A DNA stretch of 64,000 bases from an uncultured Bacillales bacterium. GTDB taxonomy: Bacteria; Bacillota; Bacilli; Tepidibacillales; Tepidibacillaceae. The translations under genes and the position numbers were made by a program. Positions 30,688 to 40,394 of this stretch are shown here, in pieces. The notes beneath the pieces are model-generated. The model was given only the letters and a program-made list of their open reading frames with translations, was not told the origin of the DNA and made no database searches. Where the stretch lies: NCBI GenBank assembly GCA_964551195.1, contig CAZKBI010000004.1, positions 4,189 through 68,188 of the forward strand, in the 5' to 3' direction. Position 1 is the first letter of the stretch. Each line of letters starts with the position of its first letter.

Positions 30688-31611
30688 CTATTTCCGTGAC
30701 CTTGGATCTAGAGCATCTCTTAATCCATCACCAAATACATTAAATGCAAACATTGTTATTGATATTAGAATAGCCGGGAAGACTAACCTCCACCAATAAC
30801 CCGTCAACATAACAGCAACACCATCATTAATCATTAAACCCCAACTAGTATCAGGCGGTGCTATACCTATACCAATAAAACTTAAAAAAGCCTCAGCGAA
30901 AATCGCGGATGGGATTGTTAAGGTTAAGTTAACAATAATTAATCCCAAAGTATTAGGAATCAGGTGTTTAGATAATAAACGTCTCGCACTTGCACCAAGT
31001 GTCCTAGCTGCCAGTACGAACTCCATTTCTTTGAGTTGCAATACCTGTCCCCTTACTAAACGAGCCATGCCGACCCAGCCGGTGGCCGCAATTGCTAATA
31101 CTATAGTTAGAATACCTTGTTTGTCGATTGCAACCATAATTAGAATAACAACAAGTAGATATGGTAGTGCATATAACACGTCAACGATACGCATCATTAT
31201 TTGGTCAACTCTACGGCTACTATAGCCAGAGACAGCACCATAAATAACACCAACTACTAAATCAATTGTCGCAGCAAAAAAACCAATCAATAGTGAAGTT
31301 CTTCCACCTTCCCAACTCCGAGCCCATATGTCACGACCTAGATGGTCGGTGCCAAACCAGTGCTCAAGAGAGGGACCAAGGTTCTGGTCAGATAAGTAAA
31401 TTTGCCTATAGCTAAATTCAGTCATATATGGTCCGAAAATTGACATCAAAACCATAAATATTATTAGATAAAAACCAATCATCGATAGTTTGTTTTCTCT
31501 TAACCTTCTAAAAGCATCTTTCAAGAGACTCGTACTAGGTCGACTAATAGTCTCAGCTTCTGCTTTGTCTGCATGATAAGGTTTAAACTTATCACGAGTT
31601 ATCCCTGTCAT
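30688..31611 (-). CDS. oppC: Oligopeptide ABC transporter permease
   Basis: BPD_transp_1 permease with an OppC-type N-terminus. I placed the start at the ATG at 31611, after an AAGGGGTGA RBS. Confidence 0.9.
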   Translation of the reverse strand: MTGITRDKFKPYHADKAEAETISRPSTSLLKDAFRRLRENKLSMIGFYLIIFMVLMSIFGPYMTEFSYRQIYLSDQNLGPSLEHWFGTDHLGRDIWARSWEGGRTSLLIGFFAATIDLVVGVIYGAVSGYSSRRVDQIMMRIVDVLYALPYLLVVILIMVAIDKQGILTIVLAIAATGWVGMARLVRGQVLQLKEMEFVLAARTLGASARRLLSKHLIPNTLGLIIVNLTLTIPSAIFAEAFLSFIGIGIAPPDTSWGLMINDGVAVMLTGYWWRLVFPAILISITMFAFNVFGDGLRDALDPRSRK

Positions 31612-31612
31612 A

Positions 31613-32542
31613 TTAGTCACCCCTTGTTCCCATTTTTATTCGTGGATCAATTATGCTATACAGAATATCAACTATAAAGTTAGCAATAATTAAAATCGCT
31701 CCAAAGAAAATAGTTGTACCCATTATGACTGGATAGTCACGTTGAGTAACACTACTTACGAAATATTTCCCTAAACCTGGAATAGCAAAAACCTGCTCAA
31801 TAACAAAGGTGCCTGTTAACAAACCTGCTATCAGTGGTCCAAGTATCGTTATTATTGGCATGATTGCATTTCTAACAGTATGTTTCCAAACAACTGCTAA
31901 ATTGCTTAAGCCCTTAGCCTTGGCTGTTCTAATATAGTCTTGACCAAGTACCTCTAGCATGTTTGAACGCATCAGACGCGCAACCACGGCCGTTGAGTGC
32001 ATGCCTAAGGCAATGGTTGGCAAGACAATACTTGCCAAGGAATCCCAACGTGCAATTGGAAACCAACCTAAATTAACTGCAAAAATAATAATCAATATTG
32101 GACCTAGTACAAGGTTAGGAATCGATACCCCTAAAACGGCAATTCCTGTGGCCGTATAGTCAATTATCGTGTTTCTCTTTAAAGCAGCAATAATTCCTAG
32201 GAGCAAACCAAATATCAGCGCAAAACCAAGTGCACCCGCTCCTAACGCTGCTGAAACAGGGAAGTGATCGGCTATAATTTCATTTACCGTTCTTGATTTG
32301 GAGAAATATGAGGGGCCAAGGTCACCTTGAATAAGGTTCCCAATATAGTTTACATACTGCTCTGGTACAGACTTATCTAAGCCATAATATTTCTCAAGAT
32401 TTGCCCTTATCTCCGGCGGCTGGTTGCGCTCCGAATTTAAAGGACTACCTGGAGCCAAATGCATTAATAAGAATGTGATTGTTATAATAACCCATAGTGT
32501 AATGACAAGCATTATCACTCTCTGTGTAATAAACCTTAACAA
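31613..32542 (-). CDS. oppB: Oligopeptide ABC transporter permease
   Basis: MLRFITQRVIMLVITLWVIITITFLLMHLAPGSP aligns from residue 1 with the OppB/DppB N-terminus. The TTG start follows a GGGGGTG RBS. Confidence 0.9.
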   Translation of the reverse strand: MLRFITQRVIMLVITLWVIITITFLLMHLAPGSPLNSERNQPPEIRANLEKYYGLDKSVPEQYVNYIGNLIQGDLGPSYFSKSRTVNEIIADHFPVSAALGAGALGFALIFGLLLGIIAALKRNTIIDYTATGIAVLGVSIPNLVLGPILIIIFAVNLGWFPIARWDSLASIVLPTIALGMHSTAVVARLMRSNMLEVLGQDYIRTAKAKGLSNLAVVWKHTVRNAIMPIITILGPLIAGLLTGTFVIEQVFAIPGLGKYFVSSVTQRDYPVIMGTTIFFGAILIIANFIVDILYSIIDPRIKMGTRGD

Positions 32543-32698
32543 AGACGAGCACCCCCATGAATATGTATGTGTTTATTATAATATATCATTTACTAAAAGA
32601 GATTTCATATAAGATATTTGTAAATATAGTTTTTACTATAACATTAAAAGCGAATAAAATACAGAATAATTTTTTTATATATTTTCAAATAGAAAAGA

Positions 32699-32718
32699 TG
32701 GCATACACAAGTATGCCA
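32699..32718 (-). terminator. Intra-operon hairpin (partial terminator/attenuator) between oppA and oppB
   Basis: Minus strand: an 8-bp TGGCATAC/GTATGCCA stem followed by a T-rich CTTTTCTATTT. This arrangement is common after the highly expressed binding-protein gene. Confidence 0.45.
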
Positions 32719-32747
32719 CCTTCTATAAATATTAACAAATTATCTTA

Positions 32748-34373
32748 TTACTTTAAAAGGTTACCATTATATTCGCGGAAATCAACGCTCATATCAGGAG
32801 ATGATCCTGGAGGAACAAAGCCAGTTGCTGGTAATTGTCCACCTTTTAGAATTTGATCAACAATCGCTTCACGATCAATTGCAAGTGATAGAGCTTTACG
32901 AATGTTTTCATTACCAAAGATTTCATCGTCATTTTGGAATATAACATAGTAAACACCTAAAATTGGTACTGACGTAGCTTCACCTGATTGTAGTAATTCA
33001 TATGTTAGTTCAGTAGGTGCTTGATCTTCGTGAATTTGGTTATTTTTGAATAATTGATAAGCTGTGTTATCATCATTAACCATAATCCATTTAATTGAGT
33101 TTAATTTAACCTCATCTTTATTCCAATAATTTTCGTTTTTAACAACTACAACTTCATCATCATGTTTCCAGCTTTCAAATTTGAAAGGACCGTTTCCGAC
33201 AAAGCTTGCTGCATTTGCAGCCCATTTATCATTGCCTTTTACAACTTTCTCGTTTACTGGGTAGAAACTACCAAATGCAGTAAGCTGTAAGAAATAAGGT
33301 GTTTGTGCTTCAAGTTCTACTTTAAGAGTTTTAGCATCAACTGCTGTTACTCCAACTTCATCTGCAGTTCCTTCGCCAGCATTGTATTTTTCACCGTTTT
33401 TCAGTACATACAATTGATAAGCATACTCTGCTGCATTAGCAGGGTCTAGAACACGCTTCCATGCAAATTCAAAGTCGTTTGCAGTAACAGGATCACCGTT
33501 AGTCCAGAAAATATCATCTTTAAGTTTGAAAGTATAAGTTAATTCATCTTCTGAAACCGTCCAACTTTCAGCCATTCCTGATCCTGGTGTTACTTCACTA
33601 TCCTTATCCAATCTTGTTAAACCTTCTTGAAGGTGACGAAGAATTTCAAAAGAAGTAGTGTCGGTAGCTAGAGCAGAATCTAAGCTAGGTGGTTCAGTAC
33701 GAGCATTAAGTAATAAATTATTCTTATATGCTGGGTCAGAAATAGATGCCCAAGTGTAGTCTCTGCTTCCTTCCCCATGAAGAACTAAACCTTTAACATA
33801 TTCTTGCTGTACTCTTACTTCTGTATAGAAGTAAATTGGTGCGACTCCAGCCTCTTTCAATAGAATCTTTTCAGCTTTGGATAAGTACTCTAAACGCTTT
33901 TCCTGATCGCCAGTTGCTTTTGCATCTGCTAGCAATTTATCGTATTCTGCGTTGCTGTAATTACCTCTGTTATTTCCGCCGCCTGTAAGGAGAACGTCAA
34001 GGAATGTGATTGGGTCCATGAAGTCCCCTAACCATCCCAAACGAGCCATTTGGAAATCGCCTTCAGATAAAGTGTCAAGATAAGCGTTCCACTCCATGTT
34101 GCCAAGTTCAACCTCAATGCCTAACTCATCAGCCCACATTGCTTGAAGTGCTTCAGCAATTTTCTGATGAGCATCATTTGTGTTGTAGATATACTTCACT
34201 GTTGGAAGTTCATCAAGACCTAATTCTTTTAAACCAGCATTTAATGCCTGCATTGCTTCGCTTTCATCGCCGTTTGCACCTGGCTTATCATCGCCATTAC
34301 AACCAACAAGGCCAAGACTTACAACCATAACTAATGCTAGTGCTAGAATTAGCATTTTACGACCTGTTTTCAT
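32748..34373 (-). CDS. oppA: Oligopeptide-binding lipoprotein, apparently circularly permuted family-5 SBP
   Basis: Signal peptide with lipobox LVGC (Cys25). All family-5 segments are present, but the segment that is normally C-terminal comes first (see finding). Confidence 0.85.
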   Translation of the reverse strand: MKTGRKMLILALALVMVVSLGLVGCNGDDKPGANGDESEAMQALNAGLKELGLDELPTVKYIYNTNDAHQKIAEALQAMWADELGIEVELGNMEWNAYLDTLSEGDFQMARLGWLGDFMDPITFLDVLLTGGGNNRGNYSNAEYDKLLADAKATGDQEKRLEYLSKAEKILLKEAGVAPIYFYTEVRVQQEYVKGLVLHGEGSRDYTWASISDPAYKNNLLLNARTEPPSLDSALATDTTSFEILRHLQEGLTRLDKDSEVTPGSGMAESWTVSEDELTYTFKLKDDIFWTNGDPVTANDFEFAWKRVLDPANAAEYAYQLYVLKNGEKYNAGEGTADEVGVTAVDAKTLKVELEAQTPYFLQLTAFGSFYPVNEKVVKGNDKWAANAASFVGNGPFKFESWKHDDEVVVVKNENYWNKDEVKLNSIKWIMVNDDNTAYQLFKNNQIHEDQAPTELTYELLQSGEATSVPILGVYYVIFQNDDEIFGNENIRKALSLAIDREAIVDQILKGGQLPATGFVPPGSSPDMSVDFREYNGNLLK

Positions 34374-34549
34374 AAATATATACCCCCCTATATTTTTTGA
34401 TTTTTATAATAAAGTTGCTAGGCAACCATTATAAACCTTTTAGTAAAATAACTTATACGACAGTTTAAGTACATAAGTACTTGTATTTTTTAATAATATC
34501 ATATTTTAAAAAATTTTGCTATATTTATTCAATAATTATACAGCAATCC

Positions 34550-35107
34550 TTATAATAACTTAGTATACTTCCCAGCTTCTAGTTCAAACAAATCATTACC
34601 ATAGATATCGTTTGCTACTAAAGCCGTAAAATCCTCGACCTCTAATCTTAAAATCGCTTCGGCCCCCAACTCAGGATAAGCAACCGTCTCAGCAGACTTA
34701 ATACTCTTAGAAATTAGTGCTGCCGCACCACCAACTGCTACAAAGTAGATTGCTTTATGCTTAATAATCGCCTCCCGCACTCTTCTGCCACGTTGTCCTT
34801 TACCAATCGTTCCACGCAGACCCTGTTCCAACAAAAGTGGCGTATACTGGTCAATACGGCTACTAGTCGTAGGTCCCGCAGAACCAATAACTTCCCCTGG
34901 CTTGGCCGGACTTGGCCCCATATAGTAGATTATTTGGTCCTGCAAATCAAATGGTAATTGCTCGCCTTTTGATATCTGCTCCATCAATCTTTGGTGCGCT
35001 GCATCTCGGGCAACATAAATGGTGCCTGTGATTGATACTTCATCACCTGCTCGCAACTTTGTAATCTCATTTTCAATTAATGGTGCTTCTATTCGATGTG
35101 TTGCCAT
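34550..35107 (-). CDS. Class I (Fe-S) fumarate hydratase / tartrate dehydratase, beta subunit
   Basis: 185 aa Fumerase_C-type sequence (GTIYVARDAAHQRL, GPTTSSRID, AVGGAAAL). Confidence 0.85.
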   Translation of the reverse strand: MATHRIEAPLIENEITKLRAGDEVSITGTIYVARDAAHQRLMEQISKGEQLPFDLQDQIIYYMGPSPAKPGEVIGSAGPTTSSRIDQYTPLLLEQGLRGTIGKGQRGRRVREAIIKHKAIYFVAVGGAAALISKSIKSAETVAYPELGAEAILRLEVEDFTALVANDIYGNDLFELEAGKYTKLL

Positions 35108-35117
35108 CTCTTGCTCC

Positions 35118-35960
35118 TTATAAAACTATTTCTTTATGTCTGCTTGCATGGCAGCCCAGATTAACCGAAACTGGCAAACTGGCAATATGCATCGGATATA
35201 TCTCAACGTTTACTGCTAGCGCTGTTACTGTCCCACCAAGACCCTGTGGACCAACACCGCTGCTATTTATCTCAGTTAGTAAATCTTTCTCCAATTTCTC
35301 AATATCGGGCAATCGATTATGCTCGCCGACCCTGCGAAACTGCGCTTCCTTCGCTAGCATGGCAGCTTTCTCAAAAGTACCACCAATTCCAACGCCGATA
35401 ACCAACGGTGGACATGGATTACCACCCGCCGCAATTACCGTTTCCAGAACAAACTGTTTAACACCGTTAATCCCATCTGCCGGTGTTAGCATTTTGCTAG
35501 CGGACATATTCTCACTGCCGCCACCTTTTGCCAGGAAACGAATTCGGAGTCTATCGCCAGAGACAATTGAGTAATGAATTACTGCTGGCGTATTATCATC
35601 AGTATTGGTCCTCTCAAAAGGGTGGTCAACAATTGATTTACGTAGATAACCCTCCTGATAGCCAATGCGCACACCTTCGTTAATTGCACTCTCTAAATCG
35701 CCACCAACTATCCGCAGATCCTGACCAAGCTCAATAAAAAAAACAGCATAGCCAGTATCTTGGCAAATTGGTACTTGATTCGCGCGCGCAATTTCTTGAT
35801 TTTCGATTAGTTGTTTAATTATATTTCGACCTATTGGTGATTGTTCTTCCTTTTCAGCATGAACAATGGCTGTGCAAACATCACTGTTTAATAAATAATT
35901 TGCCTCTTTCACCATTTCTGAGACAGCAAGCGAAATTGCCCTAACATCGATTTCTCTCAT
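35118..35960 (-). CDS. Class I (Fe-S) fumarate hydratase / tartrate dehydratase, alpha subunit
   Basis: Fumerase N-type sequence (CQDTGYAVFF, GGGSENMS, CPPLVIGVGIGG). I placed the start at the ATG at 35960, after a GGAGG RBS. Confidence 0.85.
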   Translation of the reverse strand: MREIDVRAISLAVSEMVKEANYLLNSDVCTAIVHAEKEEQSPIGRNIIKQLIENQEIARANQVPICQDTGYAVFFIELGQDLRIVGGDLESAINEGVRIGYQEGYLRKSIVDHPFERTNTDDNTPAVIHYSIVSGDRLRIRFLAKGGGSENMSASKMLTPADGINGVKQFVLETVIAAGGNPCPPLVIGVGIGGTFEKAAMLAKEAQFRRVGEHNRLPDIEKLEKDLLTEINSSGVGPQGLGGTVTALAVNVEIYPMHIASLPVSVNLGCHASRHKEIVL

Positions 35961-35996
35961 TTGATCAGCCTCCATCACCAAGTAGTTTCTTTATCC

Positions 35997-37292
35997 TTAC
36001 ATATTATTAATTAGCTCTGTCCCAAACTCCGAGCACTTTAGCTCAGTCGCACCATCCATCATTCGAGCGAAATCGTAGGTAACTTTTTTGCTAGAAATCG
36101 TTTTTTCCATCGCGGAAATTATTAAATCGGCTGCTTCATCCCAACCCAGATAGCGTAGCATCATCTCACCCGACAGAATTACCGAAGATGGATTAACCTT
36201 ATCCAATCCTGCATATTTGGGTGCAGTTCCGTGTGTCGCCTCAAAAATAGCTATTCCCGTATCATAATTGATGTTTGCTCCTGGCGCTATACCGATTCCA
36301 CCAATCTGTGCCGCGAGAGCATCAGAAATATAGTCGCCATTAAGATTCGTTGTCGCAATAACATCGTATGCTTTAGGCCGCAACAGAATCTGTTGCAAAA
36401 AGGCATCGGCGATTATATCCTTGATAATGATTTTCCCCGCCGCTATTGCGTCTGCCTGCACTTGATTTGCTACCTCGATCCCGCGCTCCTCAGCTATCCG
36501 ATCGTGCTGATTCCAAGTAAAAACATCGTCGCCATACTCCGCCTCCAAAAAGTCATAGCCCCATTGTTTAAAGGCACCTTCAGTGTATTTCATAATATTA
36601 CCTTTATGGACAAGCGTTACGGATTCACGTTTGTTCGCAATTGCATAATCAATAGCTGAACGAACTAAACGCTCTGTTCCCTCTTTCGAGATTGGCTTGA
36701 TTCCAATGGAAGATGTTTCGGGAAAGCGAATATTCTGAACATCTAGTTCTTCTTGTAAGAACTTAATAATTCTGATTGCTCCCTCTGAGCCAGCCTCCCA
36801 TTCAATTCCCGCATATATATCCTCTGTATTTTCACGGAAAATCACCATATCTACATATTCTGGGTGTTTGACTGGCGAAGGTACGCCATTAAACCATTTA
36901 ACTGGACGCACACAGGCATAAAGATCCAGTTCCTGTCTTAAGGTTACATTTAAAGAACGGAAGCCACCACCAATCGGTGTTGTCAGAGGTCCCTTGATGC
37001 TAACGAGGTATTTTCTTAGTGCCGTTAAAGTATCTTCAGGCAGCCATTCTCCCCACATGTCAAATGCTTTCTCGCCTGTATAGATTTCATACCAAGCTAT
37101 TTTTTTGTTACCGTTATAGGCCTTTTCAACTGCCGCATCGAGAACGCCTTTAGCTGCAGCCCAAATATCTGGTCCAGTTCCATCACCTTCAATAAAGGGA
37201 ACAACTGGATTGTCAGGCACTTGTAGTTTCCCGTCTCTAACTGTGATTTTCTCGCCCGTCAGTGGTAATTCATACTTTTCAAAAATACTCAT
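35997..37292 (-). CDS. icd: NADP-dependent isocitrate dehydrogenase
   Basis: 431 aa prokaryotic dimeric IDH pattern ([34 protein letters not shown]). Confidence 0.95.
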   Translation of the reverse strand: MSIFEKYELPLTGEKITVRDGKLQVPDNPVVPFIEGDGTGPDIWAAAKGVLDAAVEKAYNGNKKIAWYEIYTGEKAFDMWGEWLPEDTLTALRKYLVSIKGPLTTPIGGGFRSLNVTLRQELDLYACVRPVKWFNGVPSPVKHPEYVDMVIFRENTEDIYAGIEWEAGSEGAIRIIKFLQEELDVQNIRFPETSSIGIKPISKEGTERLVRSAIDYAIANKRESVTLVHKGNIMKYTEGAFKQWGYDFLEAEYGDDVFTWNQHDRIAEERGIEVANQVQADAIAAGKIIIKDIIADAFLQQILLRPKAYDVIATTNLNGDYISDALAAQIGGIGIAPGANINYDTGIAIFEATHGTAPKYAGLDKVNPSSVILSGEMMLRYLGWDEAADLIISAMEKTISSKKVTYDFARMMDGATELKCSEFGTELINNM

Positions 37293-37325
37293 CTATATCC
37301 TCCTAATTATCTTATCTGTTTGTAC

Positions 37326-38438
37326 TTATCTATTGGAAACCGGAATGTACTTGCGGTCTTCTGGCCCAGTGTATTGGGCTCGCGGTCTAATCAATCGATT
37401 ATTTTCATATTGCTCCATAATGTGCGCCGTCCAACCAGCCATACGGCTAATTATAAAGATTGGCGTGAACAGGTCCTTAGAAATCCCTAAATAATTGTAG
37501 AGGGTTGCAGAATAAAAATCGACATTAGGAAGTAACCCCTTCTGCTCATAAACATACTCTGCAATTTCGCATGATAAGTTATAACACTCCATGTCATTAT
37601 TCTGCTTGGCAATCTTGCGCGCAACCTCTTTTAAATGGACTGTGCGTGGGTCACCATTTTTGTATACGCGGTGACCTATCCCCATAATTTTTTCGTTATT
37701 GTTTAATTTATTATCAATGTAGGACTTTATATTAGAACAATCGCCTATCTCTTCCAGCATCAACATAACCTGCTCATTTGCTCCCCCATGCAAGCTACCT
37801 TTTAAGGCTCCCATGGCGGCGATAACACCTGAATGCATATCAGATAGTGTTGATACAGTAACACGCGCAGTAAAGGTAGAGGCATTTAACTCATGATCGG
37901 CATGCAGAATCAGGGCCTGATCGAAAGCTCTTTCAGTTAGCTCATCCGGTTCTTTCCCCGATAACATGTATAAAAAATTAGCAGCATAGCTGAGTTCTGG
38001 TCTCGCTTTAATCGGTTCTAAATTATTGCGAACTCTAAAGAGTGTAGCAACTATTGGTGCAATTTGTGCCATCAGGAATGTTGCTTTTTTCAAATTTGCA
38101 GCTTGCGAGAAGTCGTTAACCTCAGTATTATAGAGTGCCGAAATTGAAATTATAACTCGCATAACGTCAATAAAGTCAGTGTTCTTTGGTAATAACTTCA
38201 TTAGCGTGATGATATTTTCTGAGAGGTTGCTATGTTTTTTTAATTCTTCTTTGAAAACTGCATATTCAGCCGCTGTTGGTAATTCACCATACCAGAGCAG
38301 ATAAATTGTCTCCTCAAACTTTGCGTTTACAGCAAGGTCATCCAGTCGATAGCCTCTATATCTAATCATTTCATCATCAATTAAGGTAATCGCTGATTTT
38401 GCTGCAATTATTCCATCTAAACCTTTTGTTTTATCCAT
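37326..38438 (-). CDS. citZ: Citrate synthase
   Basis: 370 aa type II citrate synthase (HADHELNASTF, GHRVYK, active-site His/Asp pattern). It lies upstream of icd as in Bacillus citZ-icd. Confidence 0.9.
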   Translation of the reverse strand: MDKTKGLDGIIAAKSAITLIDDEMIRYRGYRLDDLAVNAKFEETIYLLWYGELPTAAEYAVFKEELKKHSNLSENIITLMKLLPKNTDFIDVMRVIISISALYNTEVNDFSQAANLKKATFLMAQIAPIVATLFRVRNNLEPIKARPELSYAANFLYMLSGKEPDELTERAFDQALILHADHELNASTFTARVTVSTLSDMHSGVIAAMGALKGSLHGGANEQVMLMLEEIGDCSNIKSYIDNKLNNNEKIMGIGHRVYKNGDPRTVHLKEVARKIAKQNNDMECYNLSCEIAEYVYEQKGLLPNVDFYSATLYNYLGISKDLFTPIFIISRMAGWTAHIMEQYENNRLIRPRAQYTGPEDRKYIPVSNR

Positions 38439-38525
38439 AATCAGTTCCTCTTTCTTTTCGCAATAGTTATCAATAAGTATAATCTTTCTTTACGCCTCTT
38501 CTATTCTATTATATTTAAACTGAAT

Positions 38526-38541
38526 TGTGAATAACTATTCA
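38526..38541. promoter_or_regulatory. Palindromic operator candidate upstream of citZ
   Basis: TGTGAATAACTATTCA contains a perfect TGAATA-N2-TATTCA dyad, about 95 nt upstream of the citZ ATG. It overlaps a possible -35 (TTCACA on the minus strand, 17 nt before TAGAAT at 38508-38503). Confidence 0.3.
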
Positions 38542-38549
38542 TTCTGATT

Positions 38550-39299
38550 TTACCAGCTCTTGTTGCTAACAATCTCACCATCAGCTAATTCTGTTAACTC
38601 TATCTTATTGATTAAAATGAATCTATCGCGCTCAACTTGAATCAAGTTCTCATCAGACATTCGACGCAGATAACGACAGACTACCTCCTTAGTTGAACCA
38701 ACTGTTGAAGCAATCTCCTCCAGTGTCATATCTCTTGGAATACAGCTTTCATCTGATGATTCAAACTCACTTACCAATAGGCGTGCCAAGCGACTTCCAA
38801 GCGAGGAAGAAGAAAAATCCTCAATAATATGCCTTACCTCAAGTGACCTCTCATTCAGTTTACAGCACATCTGCCATAAGGCTTCTTTATTATTTCTAAA
38901 TAAGGGCAATATATTGGCTCTGTGCCACCGATAAATTGTTGAGGGCCTAAAAGCAACTAGGGTTGCTGGTGTTGGTCTTTGAGCAAAAACAGCGTGCCCC
39001 AAGAAAACATCCCCAACATTAAATTTCTTCATAATAACGCTTCTGCCATTAATAAGCTCTTTTTTTGCATATAAAAGACCATCACTCAATATAAAAATAT
39101 AAGGAAAATCGCCACCATTAAAGTGAAGGTATTCACCTTTTTCTAAAAATACCTTCTCGGCTTCTGCAATTAAAGTATCTCTCTCCTCGACAGTGAAAGA
39201 AGAAAATAAAGAGTTTTCTTCCATGAATCTAGCTAGAAATTGCATGTAGTCAACACACCTTTTTTTAAAAGTAAGCAGTTGTCTAATGTTACATTCCAT
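38550..39299 (-). CDS. Crp/Fnr-family transcriptional regulator (paralog 1)
   Basis: cNMP-binding-like beta-roll plus a C-terminal HTH (TLEEIASTVGSTKEVVCRYLRRMSDENLIQV). The start may instead be the internal ATG at 39245 (MQFLARF...), which aligns better with paralog 2. Confidence 0.75.
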   Translation of the reverse strand: MECNIRQLLTFKKRCVDYMQFLARFMEENSLFSSFTVEERDTLIAEAEKVFLEKGEYLHFNGGDFPYIFILSDGLLYAKKELINGRSVIMKKFNVGDVFLGHAVFAQRPTPATLVAFRPSTIYRWHRANILPLFRNNKEALWQMCCKLNERSLEVRHIIEDFSSSSLGSRLARLLVSEFESSDESCIPRDMTLEEIASTVGSTKEVVCRYLRRMSDENLIQVERDRFILINKIELTELADGEIVSNKSW

Positions 39300-39429
39300 T
39301 ATATTCGATTATCACCTTTAATTAAAGAATGATTTATTTTACTTTCTTTTAACCTGGGTTAATTGTTCACATACTATTATCTGTTATGTTGATAATGAGT
39401 AATTATAATAATATAAGGAGGTTTCGAAA

Positions 39430-40299
39430 ATGAATCAATTGCTTTCAAAGAACACACGAATGATTGTACTTATTGTTGTCTTAATTGCTGCTTTACTAAT
39501 GATCGCTGTACTACCTTTTACTACGCCCGCTGCCTTAGATAAAATTCAGGTAGAGCAAGGTAAAAGAATCGACCAGTTTCAGCAAGAAGATGCTACTAAG
39601 GCTTCATTAATTTCTACCACACAAAAGCTTGTAGGGTTCTTCTTCCCACTATGGACAGCTCTAACAATGTTTGCAGGAATGGTAATACTTGTAGTTGCTA
39701 AAGCATTCTACCAGGGGGCAAGGTGGGCTAGATCCTTAATCCTTCTATGTCTTGCAATACCTTCTTCTGGTGGCGCATACATGACTGTTCCATACCTAAA
39801 CTTTGCTAAAGTTGGTATCCCTAACGGCCTCTTTTTTGCGGCTGTCGGACTAGTCGCCTACTTTGTAGTAGTGCTTGCAACTAAAGCATCTGTGAAACAG
39901 AAGTTAATTGACGCTTGGGTATTCTTGATTCTGGGTGTTAGTGCTGCTGAAGCATTCGCAAACGGACATGCCGCTGAGCGGATTGTTGAAGGACACATCC
40001 AAAGACCATTTTACGCTGAAGGCATCTTTATCCTATTCCCAACTATGGTGATAGGCTGGATTGCAACTATTCTATTGTTCCTATCAATCTATTTTATTGC
40101 TCAACGCCACATTGCTGGTCTATACATGGCACTAGTTAGTGGACTCGGAATTATGATAATGGGATTTGCTACACAAACAGTAAGAACTGCTACTTATGAC
40201 TATCTGTATCAAGGTTTAATGGGATTAGCAATTCTCGTAACATTCTTGATTCCAGTTGTTAAAGCAAGAATTCTCGAAAAAGATGAACTTACCCTATAG
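39430..40299 (+). CDS. Multi-pass membrane protein of unknown function
   Basis: 289 aa with about 7 hydrophobic segments and a good AGGAGG RBS. I recognise no family motif. Confidence 0.5.
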   Translation: MNQLLSKNTRMIVLIVVLIAALLMIAVLPFTTPAALDKIQVEQGKRIDQFQQEDATKASLISTTQKLVGFFFPLWTALTMFAGMVILVVAKAFYQGARWARSLILLCLAIPSSGGAYMTVPYLNFAKVGIPNGLFFAAVGLVAYFVVVLATKASVKQKLIDAWVFLILGVSAAEAFANGHAAERIVEGHIQRPFYAEGIFILFPTMVIGWIATILLFLSIYFIAQRHIAGLYMALVSGLGIMIMGFATQTVRTATYDYLYQGLMGLAILVTFLIPVVKARILEKDELTL

Positions 40300-40323
40300 T
40301 TATAATCAATAAAAGGTGAGGAT

Positions 40324-40354
40324 AAGCCCGATAAGACGATCTCTTAGCGGGCTT
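40324..40354. terminator. Hairpin between convergent genes
   Basis: AAGCCCG ... CGGGCTT stem with a 17-nt loop; the flanking T-runs are modest. Confidence 0.4.
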
Positions 40355-40394
40355 CCTTATGTTTAAATTAAATTTTATAATAACTTATAATAGC

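Noticed and set aside
32557-32856. 99-aa plus-strand ORF in the oppA-oppB spacer (and 32424-32612)
   Set aside because: It is an AT-rich intergenic read-through that runs into the 3' end of oppA on the opposite strand. The region is better explained by the oppA hairpin and the oppB RBS.
34374-34549. AAGTAC-N4-GTACTT hairpin and A/T-rich tracts upstream of oppA, considered as a CodY box or terminator
   Set aside because: The stem is only 6 bp, the T-run is on the non-coding orientation, and there is no good match to AATTTTCWGAAAATT.
35080-35574. 164-aa plus-strand ORF antisense to the fumarase alpha-subunit gene
   Set aside because: It is embedded in a well-supported CDS with no start context. 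The same applies to the other antisense ORFs in the track: 2467-2685, 4142-4324, 5330-5557, 7432-7823, 8969-9244, 12104-12292, 12729-12914, 13863-14295, 14591-14782, 15130-15330, 21296-21556, 21928-22332, 22861-23088, 23722-24228, 26391-26597, 28410-28598, 28699-28896, 29408-29689, 30156-30383, 31031-31225, 31959-32159, 34139-34330, 34757-34957, 36231-36659, 37210-37494, 41979-42173, 42444-42668, 44296-44575, 47647-47841, 50911-51096, 52131-52364, 53688-53870, 56150-56416, 60181-60366 and 60726-60986.
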